Below, piece by piece: positions 1 to 8,886 of a DNA stretch of 64,000 nt; positions within the stretch are counted from its first letter, which is position 1, and every line of letters starts with the position of its first letter. The stretch spans positions 4,965-68,964 of the forward strand of contig DAONDZ010000003.1 of the NCBI GenBank assembly GCA_035402825.1, read 5' to 3'. The stretch comes from a bacterium (GTDB lineage: Bacteria; Patescibacteriota; Patescibacteriia; Patescibacteriales; UBA12465). The notes under the pieces were generated by a model, which ran no database searches, was not told the DNA's origin, and was given only the letters and a program-made list of their open reading frames with translations. A program made the translations under genes and the position numbers.

Positions 1-12
1 TAAATATTTATA

Positions 13-38
13 AAAAGCCTTCCAACCGAGGCTTTTTT
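13..38 (+). terminator. Rho-independent terminator of an off-window upstream + strand gene
   Basis: An aaaagcct/aggctttt stem with an 8-nt loop is followed by a T-run. The window opens with TAA. Confidence 0.5.
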
Positions 39-59
39 ATTATTCCCCATTCTTGATTA

Positions 60-88
60 TTGACAAAAACCTATAATTATAATAATAT
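60..88 (+). promoter_or_regulatory. Sigma70-like promoter for the 102..923 gene
   Basis: TTGACA (60-65), a 17-nt spacer, then TAATAT (83-88), lying 14 nt upstream of the ATG at 102. Confidence 0.4.
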
Positions 89-101
89 CAATCGTTAATT
101 A

Positions 102-923
102 ATGAACCTTAAAAACAAAAATATAACGATGGAAAAACCAACCAAAAACCCAAAAAAATCTGCTAATTTTATCAAAAACTACTTTTTGATATTTAGCCTC
201 AGTCCCATGTTTCTCAGCACAATATTATTTGCTCTGATATGGGGCTTGCAGTATGTTATCCATAGCTCAATAGCTGGCAGCTGGACGCCGGAAAAATACT
301 CAATATTCATAGGAGTGGCGGCAATAATAATTCATGCCATTGCTGTATATATCGTCCGCAGTGAATTTATTATGCGCCCGCCCATGGAATACCTTCTTGA
401 TTTTAGTTGTGATCAGACCATAGCCTGCGGCGTATTTGACCAGGATAACAATATGATGGTTATCAATTATCCAACCTGGATTCGGGGGAAAGAATATTTG
501 ATAATGTGCCGAAGCGGTTATGGAAAAGTAAAAACCGCTGAGATTGAGATCCATATTCACTACCAAAACACCACCGCCAAAATATCAGGGAAAATTAATT
601 TCGAGGTCAACGGAGAATGGGACCAAAAACAATTGCTCTTAGCCGTTGCTAACCCGGAAAATAAGATGCCAGCCTATTTTGACTACGAACGCAAATGTGA
701 ATTTGATATTGAAACAGTTGTAGCCAAAGCTTTTCTCAATATTAATCGGGAAAGCATCAATTCTATGTCCGAAATCCTAAAAGAATACATGGACGGGACA
801 ATTTCCACTCCCAAATTGATGAATGATGTTATCAATAAACTGATCACTCCCGAAGAAATATTTGGTACTAAGGTCAAAATTGATTGCTCTTTGAATAAAC
901 TAACATTTTCAGCCGCGAAATAA
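102..923 (+). CDS. Hypothetical membrane protein (two N-terminal TM helices plus a soluble C-terminal domain)
   Basis: 273-aa ORF with its own promoter-like and terminator-like signals. Hydrophobic stretches FLIFSLSPMFLSTILFALIWGL and IFIGVAAIIIHAIAVYIV are present. No family was recognised. Confidence 0.6.
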   Translation: MNLKNKNITMEKPTKNPKKSANFIKNYFLIFSLSPMFLSTILFALIWGLQYVIHSSIAGSWTPEKYSIFIGVAAIIIHAIAVYIVRSEFIMRPPMEYLLDFSCDQTIACGVFDQDNNMMVINYPTWIRGKEYLIMCRSGYGKVKTAEIEIHIHYQNTTAKISGKINFEVNGEWDQKQLLLAVANPENKMPAYFDYERKCEFDIETVVAKAFLNINRESINSMSEILKEYMDGTISTPKLMNDVINKLITPEEIFGTKVKIDCSLNKLTFSAAK

Positions 924-940
924 TCGGCCGAAAAACAGCA

Positions 941-973
941 AAAAGCGACAACCAACCAGTTGCCGCTTTTTTA
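941..973 (+). terminator. Rho-independent terminator
   Basis: An aaaagcgacaac / gttgccgctttt stem (one mismatch) with a caacca loop, followed by a T-run. Confidence 0.55.
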
Positions 974-978
974 TTACC

Positions 979-1007
979 TTGCCTAAAAATATAAAATCAG
1001 ATATATT
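979..1007 (+). promoter_or_regulatory. Sigma70-like promoter for tRNA-Thr
   Basis: TTGCCT (979-984), a 17-nt spacer, then TATATT (1002-1007). The tRNA starts 10 nt downstream. Confidence 0.4.
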
Positions 1008-1016
1008 GAAACTATT

Positions 1017-1089
1017 GCCATCTTAGCTCAGCTGGTAGAGCAACTGCCTTGTAAGCAGTAGGTCGTCGGTTCGATCCCGACAGATGGCT
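1017..1089 (+). tRNA. tRNA-Thr (anticodon TGT)
   Basis: A 73-nt cloverleaf folded by hand. The acceptor stem is GCCATCT/AGATGGC, the D arm GCTC..GAGC, the anticodon stem ACTGC/GCAGT with loop CTTGTAA, and the T arm GTCGG-TTCGATC-CCGAC. CCA is not encoded. Confidence 0.9.
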
Positions 1090-1094
1090 CAAAT

Positions 1095-1129
1095 TTAAAA
1101 AACCGACTATCCCGAGCCGGTTTTTTTTA
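1095..1129. terminator. Weak bidirectional hairpin terminator after the tRNA, overlapping the stop of the 1107..1571 gene
   Basis: An aaccg...cggtt stem flanked by an A-run and an 8-T run. The stem is short. Confidence 0.35.
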
Positions 1130-1571
1130 TTGCCTGTCGTACCGCCAAAATTGAAGCGCGATATTTAAGAGGCAACAGTAGTTTCTCATTCAGGATCGCC
1201 ATCTCTTTGTTGGTTTGCAAACTGCCTCTCCCCAATTTAATCTCGTGGAGATCGTGGCCGCGACGCAAACAGAAAGGGCCAATGCCATCGTCTTTGAATC
1301 TTTGCACCAATAAATTGCAGCTGGCTTCGGCAAAATCCAAAACGATTTGCAAATTCTTAGCTTCCACATTCTGTTTGATGCTAAACTCCAACAGAACATT
1401 GAGCTGGGTAACAAGAAAATGAAAGATGCGCCGTTCGTCCGCAGACAGGCGACGGATGATAATTTCGCTATCCCGAACATAATTTTCTGGCTGGCAAGGA
1501 TCCATTTCCAATTTCATGATTAATTGATAAAGATCTCCTCGTTTTGCCTTCGGAGGTCTGGTTTTTTTCAT
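1107..1571 (-). CDS. Hypothetical protein, probably all-helical, with a possible HEPN-like Rx4-6H motif
   Basis: 154-aa ORF with a strong SD (GGGAGGGAATAAACCATG). The motif RRGHDLH lies in the C-terminal third. No partner gene is present. The family assignment is speculative. Confidence 0.5.
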   Translation of the reverse strand: MKKTRPPKAKRGDLYQLIMKLEMDPCQPENYVRDSEIIIRRLSADERRIFHFLVTQLNVLLEFSIKQNVEAKNLQIVLDFAEASCNLLVQRFKDDGIGPFCLRRGHDLHEIKLGRGSLQTNKEMAILNEKLLLPLKYRASILAVRQAIKKTGSG

Positions 1572-1714
1572 GGTTTATTCCCTCCCTATTTTCCTCTAAC
1601 CTAACACAAAAATATGGCCAAGTCAAGGGGATAATCAGGGGAAAAACAGTGGGAAAAGTTGCCTTGATAAAGGGAAATAAATAGGCTAAGATAAAAGGGT
1701 TAAATCATAATTAT

Positions 1715-3094
1715 ATGAACGAATCTCCAGAAAAAATAATCGGCAAATTGCCACCGCAAAATTTAGAAGCCGAACAATCTTTTCTCAGCTGTCTATTAAT
1801 TGATAAAGACGCCATCATTAAAGTGGCGGATATTATCTTGCCATTGGATTTCTATAAAGAAAGCCATCAAATTATATACGAAACCATCCGCGAATTGTTT
1901 GAAGTCAGAGAGCCGATTGATATTGTCACTCTCTCCAACCGCTTGGAAGAAAAAAAGAAGTTAAAAGACATTGGCGGCCGCAGCTACCTAGCCAAACTCT
2001 CCACTCTTTCCGCCACCTCCGCCCATGTCGTTAACTACGCCAATTTAATCCAACGAAAAGCCACACTGCGCCGTCTGCAAACTGCCGCTACCGAAATCAT
2101 GGATTTGAGTTTCCAAGAAGAAAAAGAAATAGAAGATATTTTAGATGACGTGGAAAGAAGAATATTCAGCGTTTCCAGAAAATATTTAAAGAACTCTTTC
2201 TCTCCCATTGATAGCTTGTTGTCCGAAGCTTTTGAAAGAATTGACGATATGCACAAACGCAGCGGCAAGCTGCGCGGCTTAGCTACCGGCTTCCATGATT
2301 TAGACGATCTATTAGCCGGCTTGCAAAAATCCGATCTCATCATTCTGGCTGCTCGCCCCAGCGTCGGCAAAACCGCTCTAGCTTTAGATATCGCTCGTCA
2401 GGCCGCCATAAAAACAAAGAAGGGCGTGGGAATCTTCTCATTAGAAATGAGCAAAGAACAATTAGTGGATCGCATGCTCTGTTCTCAGGCCAATATTAAT
2501 CTCTGGAAACTGCGCACCGGCAATTTATCCGACAAAGAAGATGACAATGATTTTGCCAAGCTCTCCGAAGCGATGGGCCAGCTCTCCGAAGCGCCGGTTT
2601 ATATTGATGACTCCCCTTCTCTATCTATTATGGAAATTAGAGCTAAGTGCCGCCGCTTGCAAATGGAAAAAGGTTTGGGGTTAATTGTTATTGACTACTT
2701 GCAGCTCATGGAAGGTCGGGGCAAATATGGCGAAGCCAACCGCGTCCAGGAAATTTCTGAGATCAGCCGCGGTCTAAAAGGTATCGCCCGCGAACTCAAC
2801 CTCCCGGTTCTAGCCCTAGCTCAGCTATCCCGCGGTGTAGAACAACAAGGCGGTCCGGCTATTCCGAAACTATCTCATTTGAGAGATTCCGGTTCTATTG
2901 AACAAGATGCCGATGTGGTAATGTTCATCTATCGCAAAGCGGCGGATAGGTCATATAATCCGCAAGACTTGCCGTTAGAAGAAAGACACAAGGCGGAAAT
3001 TCATATCGCTAAGCACAGAAACGGCCCCACCGGCCGGGTAGATTTATATTTCTCCGAAGAAACTGCCAGCTTTAAAAATTTAACTAAAAAATAA
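1715..3094 (+). CDS. dnaB: Replicative DNA helicase DnaB
   Basis: N-terminal PPQNLEAEQSFLSCLLID, Walker A ARPSVGKT, the IVIDYLQLM motif, and 459 aa in length. Confidence 0.95.
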   Translation: MNESPEKIIGKLPPQNLEAEQSFLSCLLIDKDAIIKVADIILPLDFYKESHQIIYETIRELFEVREPIDIVTLSNRLEEKKKLKDIGGRSYLAKLSTLSATSAHVVNYANLIQRKATLRRLQTAATEIMDLSFQEEKEIEDILDDVERRIFSVSRKYLKNSFSPIDSLLSEAFERIDDMHKRSGKLRGLATGFHDLDDLLAGLQKSDLIILAARPSVGKTALALDIARQAAIKTKKGVGIFSLEMSKEQLVDRMLCSQANINLWKLRTGNLSDKEDDNDFAKLSEAMGQLSEAPVYIDDSPSLSIMEIRAKCRRLQMEKGLGLIVIDYLQLMEGRGKYGEANRVQEISEISRGLKGIARELNLPVLALAQLSRGVEQQGGPAIPKLSHLRDSGSIEQDADVVMFIYRKAADRSYNPQDLPLEERHKAEIHIAKHRNGPTGRVDLYFSEETASFKNLTKK

Positions 3095-3114
3095 AGAATC
3101 ATAATTAAAAAAGT

Positions 3115-3390
3115 ATGTTCAACAAACTGAAACAAATCAAAGACTTGCGCGGTCAAGCCAAAAAAATGCAATCCGCTTTGTCTCAAGAAAATGTCACCTT
3201 GGAAAGAAGCGGCGTCAGGATAGTCATGAATGGCAACATGGAGTTAACTTCTGTAAATATCTCCGAAAATTTAGATAAAGAAACTCTGGCGAGGGTAATT
3301 AAAGATTTAGTAAATGATGCCATGAAACAGACCCAGAAAATTATGGCCAAGAAGATGCAAGAGATGGGCGGTTTTCCTGGTTTAGGATAA
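3115..3390 (+). CDS. ybaB: Nucleoid-associated protein YbaB/EbfC
   Basis: 91 aa. It opens MFNKLKQIKDLRGQAKKMQ, has a VNGNMEL core and a GGFPGLG tail typical of the family. Confidence 0.85.
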   Translation: MFNKLKQIKDLRGQAKKMQSALSQENVTLERSGVRIVMNGNMELTSVNISENLDKETLARVIKDLVNDAMKQTQKIMAKKMQEMGGFPGLG

Positions 3391-3394
3391 TTTA

Positions 3395-3424
3395 AAAGCC
3401 GCTTGGGTCAAGCGGCTTTATTGT
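3395..3424. terminator. Bidirectional rho-independent terminator
   Basis: A 10-bp aaagccgctt/aagcggcttt stem with a gggtc loop, with T-runs on both strands, between convergent genes. Confidence 0.7.
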
Positions 3425-3438
3425 ATAAACTTTGAAGC

Positions 3439-3819
3439 TTAAAGAACGGGAGTGAACTTAGAATTTAAAATTCCGGCCAGTTTGTAAGTCCCCTTAGGCA
3501 AGCGATTAACCGCCGGGCAGTTGTGGGCCATATCGCCTTCACCCAACTTGCAAATGCGATTCTTGCTTAGTCCGTGGAAAACTACGGATTTCAAACCGGT
3601 ATCGATGGTATCGCCAGTCCGGAAACGGCCATGGCTATTACCGGCGGTATAATACGGAACTTTGTGAACGATTGTGTTCTTGAAAGTCTTTTTACCGCGC
3701 CGGTGAGAGACTGTTTCTTCCAGCAAGAGATAATGCCCATCCAGGCACACCTCTTTGCGAACCTTTTTCTGCCGATCGGACTTTTTTCTGCCGACAATTT
3801 TCTTCAAAAATTCTACCAT
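3439..3819 (-). CDS. Hypothetical basic protein
   Basis: 126-aa ORF with a Lys/Arg-rich N-terminus, antisense to the ybaB and recR neighbours. No SD and no recognised domain. An 83-aa + strand ORF overlaps it. Confidence 0.45.
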   Translation of the reverse strand: MVEFLKKIVGRKKSDRQKKVRKEVCLDGHYLLLEETVSHRRGKKTFKNTIVHKVPYYTAGNSHGRFRTGDTIDTGLKSVVFHGLSKNRICKLGEGDMAHNCPAVNRLPKGTYKLAGILNSKFTPVL

Positions 3820-3890
3820 GATTAAATTAGTTTCAGTTAATAAAAGTACCAGACAATTATCCTACCTAAATATCTAATCCTTGTCAAGCT

Positions 3891-4499
3891 ATGACTTATC
3901 CCGCTCCTTTGCAGGAAATAATCGAATATTTTAGCAAATTACCCGGCGTCGGCCCCAAAACCGCCGAACGCTATGCTTTCTATCTCCTCAAACAGGATCC
4001 TCATTTACTTAAATCCTGGGGAGAGAAACTAGCCGGGCTGAGAGATAATCTAAGTCTGTGCTTGGAATGCGGCGCGGTGAGCGCCACCACCCCCTGCGCT
4101 ATTTGTTCTGATTTAAATCGAAACAAGGATTTGCTCTGCGTCGTAGCCAGTTTCCAAGATGTGTTAAGCCTGGAAAATACTAAGCAATATAATGGCCGCT
4201 ATTTCATTTTGGGCGGGTTAATTAATACCATTGATAATATTAAGCCGGAAGATTTGCGCATTAAGCAATTAGCCGATAAAGTTAATGAACTGCTCAAACA
4301 AAACAAAAAATTAGAAATAATCTTGGCTTTGTCCCCCACCCTAGAAGGAGAAACCACTTCTCTCTATTTAGCCAAGCTGCTCAAGCATCCCCAGGTTTCC
4401 GTTTCCAAACTAGCGCGTGGTCTGCCCTCTGGCGCTAATCTGGAATATGCCGATGAACTCACCCTAGCCAACGCTCTCAAATTTAGAAATACATTATAA
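3891..4499 (+). CDS. recR: Recombination protein RecR
   Basis: The HhH motif LPGVGPKTAERYAFYLL, a C4 zinc finger (CLECG...CAIC) and a Toprim-like C-terminal half. Confidence 0.93.
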   Translation: MTYPAPLQEIIEYFSKLPGVGPKTAERYAFYLLKQDPHLLKSWGEKLAGLRDNLSLCLECGAVSATTPCAICSDLNRNKDLLCVVASFQDVLSLENTKQYNGRYFILGGLINTIDNIKPEDLRIKQLADKVNELLKQNKKLEIILALSPTLEGETTSLYLAKLLKHPQVSVSKLARGLPSGANLEYADELTLANALKFRNTL

Positions 4500-4525
4500 A
4501 AAAACCGGACATTGTCCGGTTTTTA
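4499..4525. terminator. Bidirectional rho-independent terminator
   Basis: An aaaaccggac att gtccggtttt hairpin between convergent recR and purB. Confidence 0.7.
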
Positions 4526-4546
4526 GTAAGTACCAAAATTATTGTC

Positions 4547-6040
4547 TTAATGAACACCCAAAATCCTTTCATAGAGAACAGATTCATTCCGGAGCAGAAA
4601 CTCCGGGGTAAATAACCGATGCCACAAAAGCAAAATTTTCTGGTCAGAAAATAAGTGCTTTAAGGCCTGGTTATACTCATCAATCTGTTCCGAAGAAATG
4701 TCTAAATCATCAGTCGGCCGCAGCTTTCCCATGGGAATAAAATCCTCAATGGAAATAACCTTTTCGGGGTGCAAATTCTCACAAACATCATTTAATATAA
4801 TCATCGCCTGATCAAAGGAGGTCGGAATACAATTTCGAACCGCCATCTTTTTGGGCGACGGCGAGAAGACATTAAAGCAAGCCAATTGCACGATGCGATA
4901 AATGTCTTCATAGGCCAAACCGTAACCAGCTAATTCCGTTTTGAGGAACTCTTTCACTTCGCTGGAAGCATACACGCCGCGGGACTGATGAATTTCCTGC
5001 AACATATTGTCCGGATAAACTTTAAGCCCGCTTAAAACTCCGTGCAAAACTTTCAGCGATTGAGCCGCCACATGGAAAATATCCGGCCAAGCTACCCGCT
5101 CTACACAGGATTGCTCAATGGCTCTTTCCTCCCAGGTAACGATATTTCTGGTAATTGCCAACATGTATCCTTCACTTAATCTGGCCAACCCCTCCAGCTG
5201 TTCTGTCCGAATGGTGTTCTTCTTGTGCGGCATAGCCGAGCTCCCTTTTTGCTTTTTCTTGAAAGGCTCATGAAGCAAGTTCTGGCCGCTGCGGGAAGCT
5301 AAACGAATATCCAATCCGATTTTAGCCGCCACTTCCAACATATTAGTCAAAGATTGGGTAACCGGAGCATACAAGACTCTGGGCATGATTTGCGTGGAAC
5401 CAAAGAAAGGAATAAAGCCCAGATCTTCCAGGGCTATCATTTCCAACTTCGGATCCAGGCTGCCATATTTCCCAATGGCGCCAGAGAGCTTAGAATACCG
5501 AAGATTTTTCAAGGAGCCAAAGAAAGCTTCATTAGCTACCTGATAATCTGCTAACCAGGTCAAACATTTAGCTCCAAAGCTTTGCATCTCAGCTTCCTGG
5601 CCATGCGTCCGGCCGTTCATAATCGTATAGCGATATTTAACCGCCAACTCTTGCAATGACGCCATCAGTGCCAAACTAAGCTTGCAAATAACCTCAGCGG
5701 CTTCTGACAAAGACCGAGCGAACGCCGGTTCTTCAGTGTCATAGGATGTGATGTTTTTGTGGAACCATTGATGATGCTCCTGAGGAATAAACCGCAGGCG
5801 TTCATCCAGGAAGGCGTTGAGGTCGTGATGAATTTCTTCATCCCTCTTTTTCCACCATTCTACATCGATTGGATTAAGTTTGCAGGCGTCATAAATAGCC
5901 TCATAAACATAAGCATCGAGCGCAACATCAGTTTGAAGTCTAGCCTTGATTAAGCTCAACTCTGTCTTTTGCCACAATTCTAATTTGTGCTCATCGCTAA
6001 AAATCTTTTCAATTTCCGGATGGGCATAACGTGATACCAT
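4547..6040 (-). CDS. purB: Adenylosuccinate lyase with a C-terminal extension
   Basis: N-terminal SRYAHPEIEKIFSDEHKLELW and the fumarate-lyase signature GSSAMPHKKN. At 497 aa it is longer than typical PurB. Confidence 0.88.
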   Translation of the reverse strand: MVSRYAHPEIEKIFSDEHKLELWQKTELSLIKARLQTDVALDAYVYEAIYDACKLNPIDVEWWKKRDEEIHHDLNAFLDERLRFIPQEHHQWFHKNITSYDTEEPAFARSLSEAAEVICKLSLALMASLQELAVKYRYTIMNGRTHGQEAEMQSFGAKCLTWLADYQVANEAFFGSLKNLRYSKLSGAIGKYGSLDPKLEMIALEDLGFIPFFGSTQIMPRVLYAPVTQSLTNMLEVAAKIGLDIRLASRSGQNLLHEPFKKKQKGSSAMPHKKNTIRTEQLEGLARLSEGYMLAITRNIVTWEERAIEQSCVERVAWPDIFHVAAQSLKVLHGVLSGLKVYPDNMLQEIHQSRGVYASSEVKEFLKTELAGYGLAYEDIYRIVQLACFNVFSPSPKKMAVRNCIPTSFDQAMIILNDVCENLHPEKVISIEDFIPMGKLRPTDDLDISSEQIDEYNQALKHLFSDQKILLLWHRLFTPEFLLRNESVLYERILGVH

Positions 6041-6100
6041 AAAACCTCCTTTTTCTAAAGTTTATAATTTAAATGTGCGTTGATAATCAAATATCGCTAA

Positions 6101-6129
6101 ATCTTATACTTTTAACCATATTTTGTCAA
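6101..6129 (-). promoter_or_regulatory. Sigma70-like promoter for purB
   Basis: On the minus strand: TTGACA (6129-6124), a 17-nt spacer, then TAAGAT (6106-6101). Confidence 0.45.
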
Positions 6130-6130
6130 A

Positions 6131-6159
6131 CAAAATACCCGCTAAGAAGCGGGTATTTT
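6131..6159 (-). terminator. Rho-independent terminator after rplU
   Basis: An 11-bp aaaatacccgc/gcgggtatttt stem with a 6-nt loop and a U-rich tail on the minus strand. Confidence 0.7.
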
Positions 6160-6173
6160 AGAGGCAAAAAATA

Positions 6174-6488
6174 TTAAGCAATAGCAGTGACTTTAATGGT
6201 GGTATAAGGCTGACGATGGCCTAAAGTTCTCTTGTATCTAATCTTATTCTTGTATTTTACCACGGTCACTTTATCAGCTTTTCCCTGAGCCACGATTTCA
6301 GCTTTCACCTTGTCGCCCAATGAAGGTTGACCGAGGTTTAAGCCTTCGCCGGTTTCATCAGCCACCAACAAAGTTTCCAAAGCTACGGTTTCACCGATAT
6401 TTTTGTCAATTTTTTCAATTTTAAGGGTCTGTCCCTCAAGTACCGGATACTGCTTGCCACCGGTTTTAATTACTGCGATTTTAGCCAT
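6174..6488 (-). CDS. rplU: 50S ribosomal protein L21
   Basis: MAKIAVIKTGGKQYPVLEGQTLKIEKI with GHRQPYTTIKV; 104 aa. Confidence 0.93.
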   Translation of the reverse strand: MAKIAVIKTGGKQYPVLEGQTLKIEKIDKNIGETVALETLLVADETGEGLNLGQPSLGDKVKAEIVAQGKADKVTVVKYKNKIRYKRTLGHRQPYTTIKVTAIA

Positions 6489-6602
6489 ATAATAGGAGTT
6501 AAAATAAAAAACACCTCTCCATCATATCACAGATTTGAAAAATGTCAATAAATAGTATAAACTGGTATTAAATCAATAAATAGACTAAAAATACCTAAAA
6601 AT

Positions 6603-7901
6603 ATGGCTAATTTGCTAATTACGGGACAAAAAAAGTTAAGCGGAAAAATTGCAACCAATAGCGCCAAAAATTCAGCAGTGGCCATTCTTTGTGCTACGGC
6701 CATGATTAAAGGCAAGACTGTTTTACGATCCGTCCCCAGAATTGAGGAGGTCAACCGGATAATTGAGGTCTTGCTCTCCATCGGATTAAAAGTAGAGTGG
6801 ACCAGCGAACATACTCTAACCATCACTAACTCCGGCAAGCTATCGCTCAAGAATCTTAACCACGAATCATTTATTAAAACCCGTTCGGCTTTGCTCCTCA
6901 TGGGTTCTTTAGCTAATTCCCTCTCCGAATTTTCCCTGCCTCGCGCCGGCGGCTGCAAGTTAGGCAAAAGAACAGTTAATCCTTTTATCATCGCCTTAAA
7001 TTATTTAGGGGTCAAAGTCAAAGAAGCTCCCACCGCCTATCAAATTAACGCCAAAAACAAACGCGGCACTGAATTCACTATGTATGAAAGCGGCGATACC
7101 GCCACCGAGTGCGCAATTATGGTAGCCGCTCTAGCCAAAGGCACCACCATTATCAATTTAGCTTCTTCCAATTACATGGTTCAGGACTTAATTTATTTCC
7201 TCAAAAAGTCCGGAGCTAAAATTGAATGGATAGGATCCAATAAGTTAAGAATAATCGGCGTCAAAAAATTAAATCCCATCAGCTACCCGCTGATGCCGGA
7301 TCCGATTGAATCCATGGCTTTCATTTCTATTGCCATCACCACTCATTCCCATCTCACTGTCACTCATTGTCCGATTGATTTCCTGCGTTTAGAGATAGAA
7401 AAGCTGACGGTGATGGGACAAAAATTTAAAATCAGCCGGCCCTATAAATCCGAGAACGGCCATTTTGATTTGGTGGATATTGAAATTATTCCCAGCCGAC
7501 TCAAAGCTTTGCCGGATAAACTTCACCCCCTGCCTTATCCAGGATTGAATATTGATAATCTACCATTATTTATTCCCATTCTCACTCAAGCCGAGGGCGA
7601 CACCCTAGTTCACGATTGGGTATATGAAAACCGAGCCATTTATTATATTGAAATTGCCCGCCTCGGAGCCAATATCATGTTACACGATCCGCATCGCGTC
7701 ACCGTTTCCGGTCCGACCGAGTTAAAAGCCAATGAAATTATCTGCCCGCCGGCATTGCGTCCCGCCATTAATCTTTTAATTGCTATGTTAGCGGCCAAGG
7801 GCAAGTCAATTCTGCGCAACTCCTATTCCATTGATCGCGGCTATGAGAATCTCTATGAACGCTTGAAAGGTATCGGGGCGGATATAAAAATAATTGACTA
7901 A
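6603..7901 (+). CDS. murA: UDP-N-acetylglucosamine 1-carboxyvinyltransferase
   Basis: SGKIATNSAKNSAVAILCATAM, the catalytic-loop Cys in PRAGGCKLGKR, and 432 aa in length. Confidence 0.92.
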   Translation: MANLLITGQKKLSGKIATNSAKNSAVAILCATAMIKGKTVLRSVPRIEEVNRIIEVLLSIGLKVEWTSEHTLTITNSGKLSLKNLNHESFIKTRSALLLMGSLANSLSEFSLPRAGGCKLGKRTVNPFIIALNYLGVKVKEAPTAYQINAKNKRGTEFTMYESGDTATECAIMVAALAKGTTIINLASSNYMVQDLIYFLKKSGAKIEWIGSNKLRIIGVKKLNPISYPLMPDPIESMAFISIAITTHSHLTVTHCPIDFLRLEIEKLTVMGQKFKISRPYKSENGHFDLVDIEIIPSRLKALPDKLHPLPYPGLNIDNLPLFIPILTQAEGDTLVHDWVYENRAIYYIEIARLGANIMLHDPHRVTVSGPTELKANEIICPPALRPAINLLIAMLAAKGKSILRNSYSIDRGYENLYERLKGIGADIKIID

Positions 7902-7904
7902 ACT

Positions 7905-8822
7905 ATGCTCAGTCATAAAAACCGGCGTCTATTGTTTTGGTCTTTGGCGGTTATTTTTATCTTCGCCACCACCACCATCTCTCTCTATGCCACCGGCTAT
8001 CGTTTTAATTTGAATTGGCCGATTAAGATTAATAAAATCCTGCAAAAAACCGGAGCGCTATTCTTAAACTCCGAACCGACCGGCGCCCAGGTTATTTTAA
8101 CCGGTCATGGCGGCAAAGAGCTGAAAATCACCAGCGGCTTATTCGGCAAAAAGAGCTACCAAACCCCAATCAAAATCAAAAATCTTTTGCCGGGAGAATA
8201 CTTCCTGGAAATGACCAAGGACGGCTATTGGCCCTACAAAAAAATCGTCAATGTTTTCCCCGGATCGGCAGCCTATGTAGAAGATGTCGTGCTCTTCCGC
8301 CAGGATTCACCTTTGAAAATTCAAGAAGCTAAATTACAAAAAATAAAACTAACCGCGGATAAACAGAATCTAATTCTAGAAAAAGACCAAAAGATTATCA
8401 GTCTCAAGACCGAAAAAGAAGTGAACGTCACCTTAACCAATACTACCGAACCCGACCTGGCCAAAGAATTAAACATTGTCGTACCTAAAGACATTAAATA
8501 CTTCACTAAAGTGAATAGCGAACAAATTCTCTATGCTAACGACCTGGAAGTCTATCTCTTTAACCTGCAAAGCGGTCAAAAGTCATTAATTACCCGCGTC
8601 AGCCAACCCATAATCGGTCTCATCTTCCAACCCAAAGGCTTTGCCATTTATTCCACCGATACCAATATCTATCTCATCAACCTCAAAGATCGCAGCAATG
8701 TCACCTTGCTAGCCAGTATGAAAAAGCTGGAAACTCCGGTGTTAAACGCTAAAGGCGATACCCTTTATTTCACCGCCCTAAACGGCGATGGCGAAGGGCT
8801 GTATAAGTTGGCTATAAAATAA
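7905..8822 (+). CDS. Membrane-anchored PEGA-domain protein with a beta-propeller-like C-terminus
   Basis: An N-terminal TM helix and a PEGA-like segment (LNSEPTGAQVILTG...PGEYFLEMTKDGYWPY). It begins 4 nt after the murA stop. Confidence 0.65.
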   Translation: MLSHKNRRLLFWSLAVIFIFATTTISLYATGYRFNLNWPIKINKILQKTGALFLNSEPTGAQVILTGHGGKELKITSGLFGKKSYQTPIKIKNLLPGEYFLEMTKDGYWPYKKIVNVFPGSAAYVEDVVLFRQDSPLKIQEAKLQKIKLTADKQNLILEKDQKIISLKTEKEVNVTLTNTTEPDLAKELNIVVPKDIKYFTKVNSEQILYANDLEVYLFNLQSGQKSLITRVSQPIIGLIFQPKGFAIYSTDTNIYLINLKDRSNVTLLASMKKLETPVLNAKGDTLYFTALNGDGEGLYKLAIK

Positions 8823-8838
8823 GAATAACCAATAATTT

Positions 8839-8870
8839 AAAAAGAGGCCCTAAACCTCTTTTTTCTTTTT
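8839..8870. terminator. Bidirectional rho-independent terminator
   Basis: An aaagagg/cctcttt stem with A- and T-runs on either side, between convergent genes. Confidence 0.6.
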
Positions 8871-8886
8871 ATCTAAAATATATGGG

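Noticed and set aside
924-1714. tRNA-Thr as an integration site for a mobile island.
   Set aside because: No integrase is present, and no repeat of the tRNA 3' end is visible downstream. The flanking genes are merely uncharacterised.
3574-3825. 83-aa + strand ORF overlapping the 126-aa minus-strand ORF between ybaB and recR.
   Set aside because: It is shorter, lacks a plausible start context, and would need read-through of the 3395-3424 terminator. The minus-strand ORF was retained, though only at low confidence.
6545-6991. 148-aa minus-strand ORF overlapping the murA 5' region.
   Set aside because: It lies antisense to a confidently identified murA and has a low-complexity hydrophobic composition with no motifs, typical of a shadow ORF.
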